Part shown: positions 40,401 through 42,586 of the stretch, piece by piece
Numbering within the stretch: position 1 is the first letter of the stretch
How the letters are laid out: every line of letters begins with the position of its first letter
Assembly: GCA_018303025.1 (NCBI GenBank)
Contig: JAGVYZ010000019.1
Coordinates: 1 to 42,586 of the forward strand
Source: Candidatus Woesearchaeota archaeon
Lineage (GTDB): Archaea; Nanobdellota; Nanobdellia; SCGC-AAA011-G17; GW2011-AR20
Reading direction: 5' to 3'
DNA: 42,586 bases
The notes under the pieces: generated by a model
Told to the model about the DNA's origin: nothing
The model's database searches: none
What the model saw: only the letters and a program-made list of their open reading frames with translations
Made by a program: the position numbers and the translations under genes

Positions 40401-42379
40401 TAAATATTAAAAATTTCTCTGCTAATGAGAAAATATCTGCTTCTTTAGCTGTTGATAAAATCTTAAATTCTGGAATTAAAGGAGTTTACAATACTATTCA
40501 CAAATTAGGTGAAGCTGATCCTAAGTATGGGATGGCTTTAGAAGTTGCTGCTGGTGCAAGAATTTTAAGCTTGGTTACTCAAGATGATACTGTAGCTGCT
40601 AAATGCATTAAATACTTGAAAGAGAATAAATTAGGGGTAGCTACATTCTTGCCACTAAATAAAATGAATAGTAAATCTTCTGATGTAAAATCATTAGTTG
40701 GACAGAAAGGTGTTATTAATTTAGCTATTAATTTAGTTAGGTTTGATCCTAAGTTCAGGTCTGCTTTTGAATATGTTTTTGGAAGCACTTTAGTTGTGGA
40801 TGATATTGAAACAGCCAGGTATGTTGGCATAGGAAAAGCAAGAATGGTTACATTAGAGGGAGACCTAACTGAAACTTCTGGTGCAATGATTGGTGGACAT
40901 AGAAAATCATTAGGTTTAAGCTTTAAAGAAAAAGGTTCTGATGACAAAATTGCTTTACTTGAAAATGAAGTTTCTCAACTTAAACAAGAGATTACTGCTT
41001 TAGAAAATAAAAGAATGAAGAATGAAGAGTTAATTTCTACTTTAAGACAAGAGAAAGGCAATCTTGAAGGGGAGATTATGAAGATTGAGAAAGCTTTTGG
41101 TGGTTTTGATTTAGAGGGATTACAAAAAGAAAGAAATGAATTGAATTTTAAAGTTAAGGAATATACTTCTTTATTAAAAGAAATGGATGTTAAGATTAAT
41201 TCTTTGGATAAAATATTAACTAATTTGAAGGATAAGAAACAGAAGTTTAATGTTGAAGGAAAAGAGAAACTTGAGGAACTTGAAGGAAATAGAGCTAAAT
41301 TAAAAGAAGAGACTATTAAGTTTAGTTCTGATTTGAAATCCTTAAAAGACCAGAAAGAAACAATACATATGCCTGAACTTGCTAAAGTACAGAATATATT
41401 AGTTTCTCAGGATAAGGAATTAAATGATTTTGATGAAGAGTTAAATTCTGTAAAAGAAGAGATTAAGAATGGCAATATTGAATTAAAAGATAAAGAGAAG
41501 AAAGAGAAAGAATTCTATAATCAATTTAGAAGCTTGTTTGGAAAAAGAGACAAGGTTAATTTAGAGATACAAAAATTAGAGACTAATTTAGTTAGAGAAG
41601 AAGAAAGAATAAGGATGGTTGATGCTCGTTTCAATAATATTAACATTGATAAAGCAAGAATTAATGCTGAACTAAAAACTATAGTTGATGAGTTTGAGAA
41701 TTTTAAAGATGTTTCTTTGAAAAGAGGTTTAGATATTGATTCATTGAAAACAGAGATTAATTCTTTGGAAAAAGAAATGACTAAGATGGGTAATGTTAAT
41801 ATGAGAGCTTTGGAAGTTTATAATGAGATATTTACTGAATTTGAAGTATTAAAAGAAAAGGCTGACAGGTTAAGAGTTGAGAAAGTTGATGTTCTTAATT
41901 TAATTAATGAGATTGAGACTAAAAAGAAAGGTTTGTTTATGAAGACATATAAAAATATTGCTGGTGATTTTTCTAAGATATTTTCTAATTTAACTACAAA
42001 AGGAAATGCTACTTTAGAATTAGAAGATGAGGAAGAGCCATTAAAGGAAAATAATGGTGTTGCTATTAAAGTTAGGTTAAATACTAATAAATATTTAGAT
42101 TTGAAATCACTTTCTGGTGGAGAGAAGACACTTGCTGCACTTTCTCTTATTTTTGCTATACAAGAGTATATGCCTGCTTCTTTTTACTTATTTGATGAAG
42201 TTGATGCTGCTTTAGATAAGAGAAATTCTGAATTATTATCTAAATTAATTGCTCAGTATTCTAAGAAAGCACAGTATTTAGTTGTTAGTCATAATGATTC
42301 TGTTATTGGAGAAGCTGAATCTGTTTATGGTGTTTCTATGACTGATGGTGTTTCAAAAGTGGTTAGTTTGAAACTTTAG
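37424..42379 (+). CDS. smc: SMC chromosome segregation ATPase carrying an intein in the Walker A loop
   Basis: Walker A GPNGAGK / SNIVDLITFVLG is split by the insert. Long coiled coils flank a hinge (GVYNTIHKLGEADPKYGMALEVAAG...ATFLPLNKM). Signature LSGGEKTLAALSLIFAIQ and Walker B FYLFDEVDAALD are present. The protein is 1130 aa without the intein. Confidence 0.95.
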   Translation: MTKITSLYAKGFKSFAKPTELMFSDGYNCIIGPNGAGKSLSYDTVVTLSNGKEIEIGKLVEDKLKESKEIKTLKDGIYVDGDDLSIISINPITMKAEEIKIAKYVKREGEKLYKIATRSGKEVKATGCHPVMVFKEGVLKSVLINEINVHDYIVTPRKIVTNSKTGFDKDEGRLLGLLIGDGVISERIIRFTNQDENIINNMIEILDNRFKIKTKKNHYKPGNTIDLYWYDKSLLNWTKKLFSGSLNAENKFIPNQILESDLNVVGNFLAGLFDTDGSVRKDLAIIEFCSKSKQLSYQVQRLLLRFGILSKVKKRMCCASNTINKTKREYFYVYIYGYENIKKFYMNIPLKCQHKKENLELLLNKNVIANPNVDLLPKETNILVKNAVKLLGIKVKLLRKDYPKLSAYVENRCNPTRNGLNEILPILDNKLMLLYDSKLGIKKEVFGLINLMDNMHISGRSASSSLGLSNQVVRTHWASGKFLPKEENLNYFYEFIKETVTERLEELKQVMNSLHYLAESDIFWDEVKEVKEVEEEKYVYDLTIPENHNFIGNGIFVHNSNIVDLITFVLGKSSAKAMRAEKSPHLIYNGGKSKDPAKEAVATITFDNTNHEFASKEKEVKVSRVIKQSGNSVYRLNNDVVTRQQILDLLNSAKIDPDGHNIVLQGDIVHFMDMKPYERRKILEEVAGISVYDEKKEKSLHELEKVDVKLNEADIILKERGNYLKELKNDRDDALRYKEAQDEIKRNKATLLNLQIKAKEELKNDIEKRISQSEEEKGKIQEKIDSLKTEIVDNKNEIKKINAEIDTKGEKEQVEVHHSVEELRTSIIKKESRISILENEIQRVNERKKQLRVSHNETNAKISSLEKEINNLERKNEVSEKELKRIENEILRFKEKNNITDYDSLDKSQDEFLKLKDEQQRVLRENDKLVYQLNEIDSKLANSKNVDNKDLRKKFKEATAALSKALNDDAMYASLLGRGRREVVEKEEELAKINIKNFSANEKISASLAVDKILNSGIKGVYNTIHKLGEADPKYGMALEVAAGARILSLVTQDDTVAAKCIKYLKENKLGVATFLPLNKMNSKSSDVKSLVGQKGVINLAINLVRFDPKFRSAFEYVFGSTLVVDDIETARYVGIGKARMVTLEGDLTETSGAMIGGHRKSLGLSFKEKGSDDKIALLENEVSQLKQEITALENKRMKNEELISTLRQEKGNLEGEIMKIEKAFGGFDLEGLQKERNELNFKVKEYTSLLKEMDVKINSLDKILTNLKDKKQKFNVEGKEKLEELEGNRAKLKEETIKFSSDLKSLKDQKETIHMPELAKVQNILVSQDKELNDFDEELNSVKEEIKNGNIELKDKEKKEKEFYNQFRSLFGKRDKVNLEIQKLETNLVREEERIRMVDARFNNINIDKARINAELKTIVDEFENFKDVSLKRGLDIDSLKTEINSLEKEMTKMGNVNMRALEVYNEIFTEFEVLKEKADRLRVEKVDVLNLINEIETKKKGLFMKTYKNIAGDFSKIFSNLTTKGNATLELEDEEEPLKENNGVAIKVRLNTNKYLDLKSLSGGEKTLAALSLIFAIQEYMPASFYLFDEVDAALDKRNSELLSKLIAQYSKKAQYLVVSHNDSVIGEAESVYGVSMTDGVSKVVSLKL
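37538..39100 (+). mobile_element. 521-aa intein with LAGLIDADG homing endonuclease in the SMC P-loop
   Basis: It starts at Ser (SLSYDTVVTLSNG; agc at 37538-37540) and ends VHN (aat at 39098-39100), followed by the +1 Ser of SNIVD. Block B is ATGCHP. LAGLIDADG motifs are LLGLLIGDGVI and FLAGLFDTDGSV. Excision restores GPNGAGKSNIVD. Confidence 0.9.
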
Positions 42380-42384
42380 TTTCC

Positions 42385-42408
42385 AATTGTGGCATATTTG
42401 CCATAATT
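42385..42408 (+). terminator. hairpin just after the SMC stop (aattgtGGCAtattTGCCataatt) followed by an A/T-rich tract
   Basis: 10-bp inverted repeat with one mismatch and a 4-nt loop, starting 6 nt after the TAG stop. Its function as a terminator is inferred only. Confidence 0.3.
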
Positions 42409-42420
42409 AAAATTATTTTT

Positions 42421-42480
42421 AAATGCTCACATCTGCTTTTATTTCTTAAGTTTAATTTGCTTATATCTGCAGGATAGAAG
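42421..42480 (-). repeat. inverted copy of the 13141-13203 element
   Basis: The reverse complement reads cttctatcctgcagatataagcaaattaaacttaagaaataaaagcagatgtgagcattt, which aligns to 13141-13203. It lies in the convergent gap between smc and a minus-strand gene. Confidence 0.8.
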
Positions 42481-42481
42481 T

Positions 42482-42586
42482 TTAAAAAGATTTAAATTTA
42501 AGATAATTATCTAAGTTTATGTTTAAATTTTTTAAAGAATTCTTTGAAAAAGAACCTAAAATTTTCTTAACTTCAGATTTGCATTT
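42482..42586 (-). CDS. 3' end of a minus-strand gene running off the window (partial, 34 codons)
   Basis: My translation of the minus strand from 42586 is open (KCKSEVKKILGSFSKNSLKNLNINLDNYLKFKSF) until the TAA at 42482-42484. It is too short to identify or to be sure it is coding. Confidence 0.3.
   Translation of the reverse strand, partial: KCKSEVKKILGSFSKNSLKNLNINLDNYLKFKSF

Overview
This window reads as an AT-rich archaeal chromosome segment, judged by eye. It best fits a small-genome DPANN-type archaeon. Support for an archaeal origin: RNase P Rpr2/Rnp4, XPD, an Ogg2-type glycosylase, TrmB and Lrp regulators, SMC, and a tRNA-Trp(CCA) split by two introns, one with a clear bulge-helix-bulge junction.

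Housekeeping and repair genes include Lhr helicase, endonuclease III, a truncated Ogg2, XPD, a solo Cas4-like nuclease, dCTP deaminase and SMC. Selfish or accessory material is mixed in:
- Two large LAGLIDADG inteins, one in Lhr motif VI and one in the SMC Walker A loop.
- A free-standing LAGLIDADG ORF lying downstream of a copy of the tRNA-Trp intron sequence.
- Four nucleotidyltransferase (NTase) genes. Three are ~205-aa paralogs whose helical partner gene is intact, decayed or absent.
- A UPF0175/PIN-like pair.
- A duplicated gene 3' end flanking one NTase cassette.
- A palindromic operator-like array.

The best candidate for an undescribed system is the block just downstream of the tRNA (20.4-30.4 kb). 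It encodes four signal-peptide proteins:
- a protein with a beta-barrel-like C-terminus;
- a translationally coupled adhesin with four cadherin-like repeats;
- two S-layer/CARDB-like anchored proteins, one ending in a cytoplasmic AT-hook tail.

This block also holds three orphan cytosolic proteins and a K+ channel. Its transcription units share purine-rich repeat leaders. Nearby are compositionally atypical coiled-coil membrane proteins (16.7-18.7 kb) and a small gene with a dnaX-type A_AAA_AAG frameshift site.

I saw no rRNA, CRISPR array, transposase or integrase. All calls rest on by-eye motif recognition; no similarity search or folding program was run.
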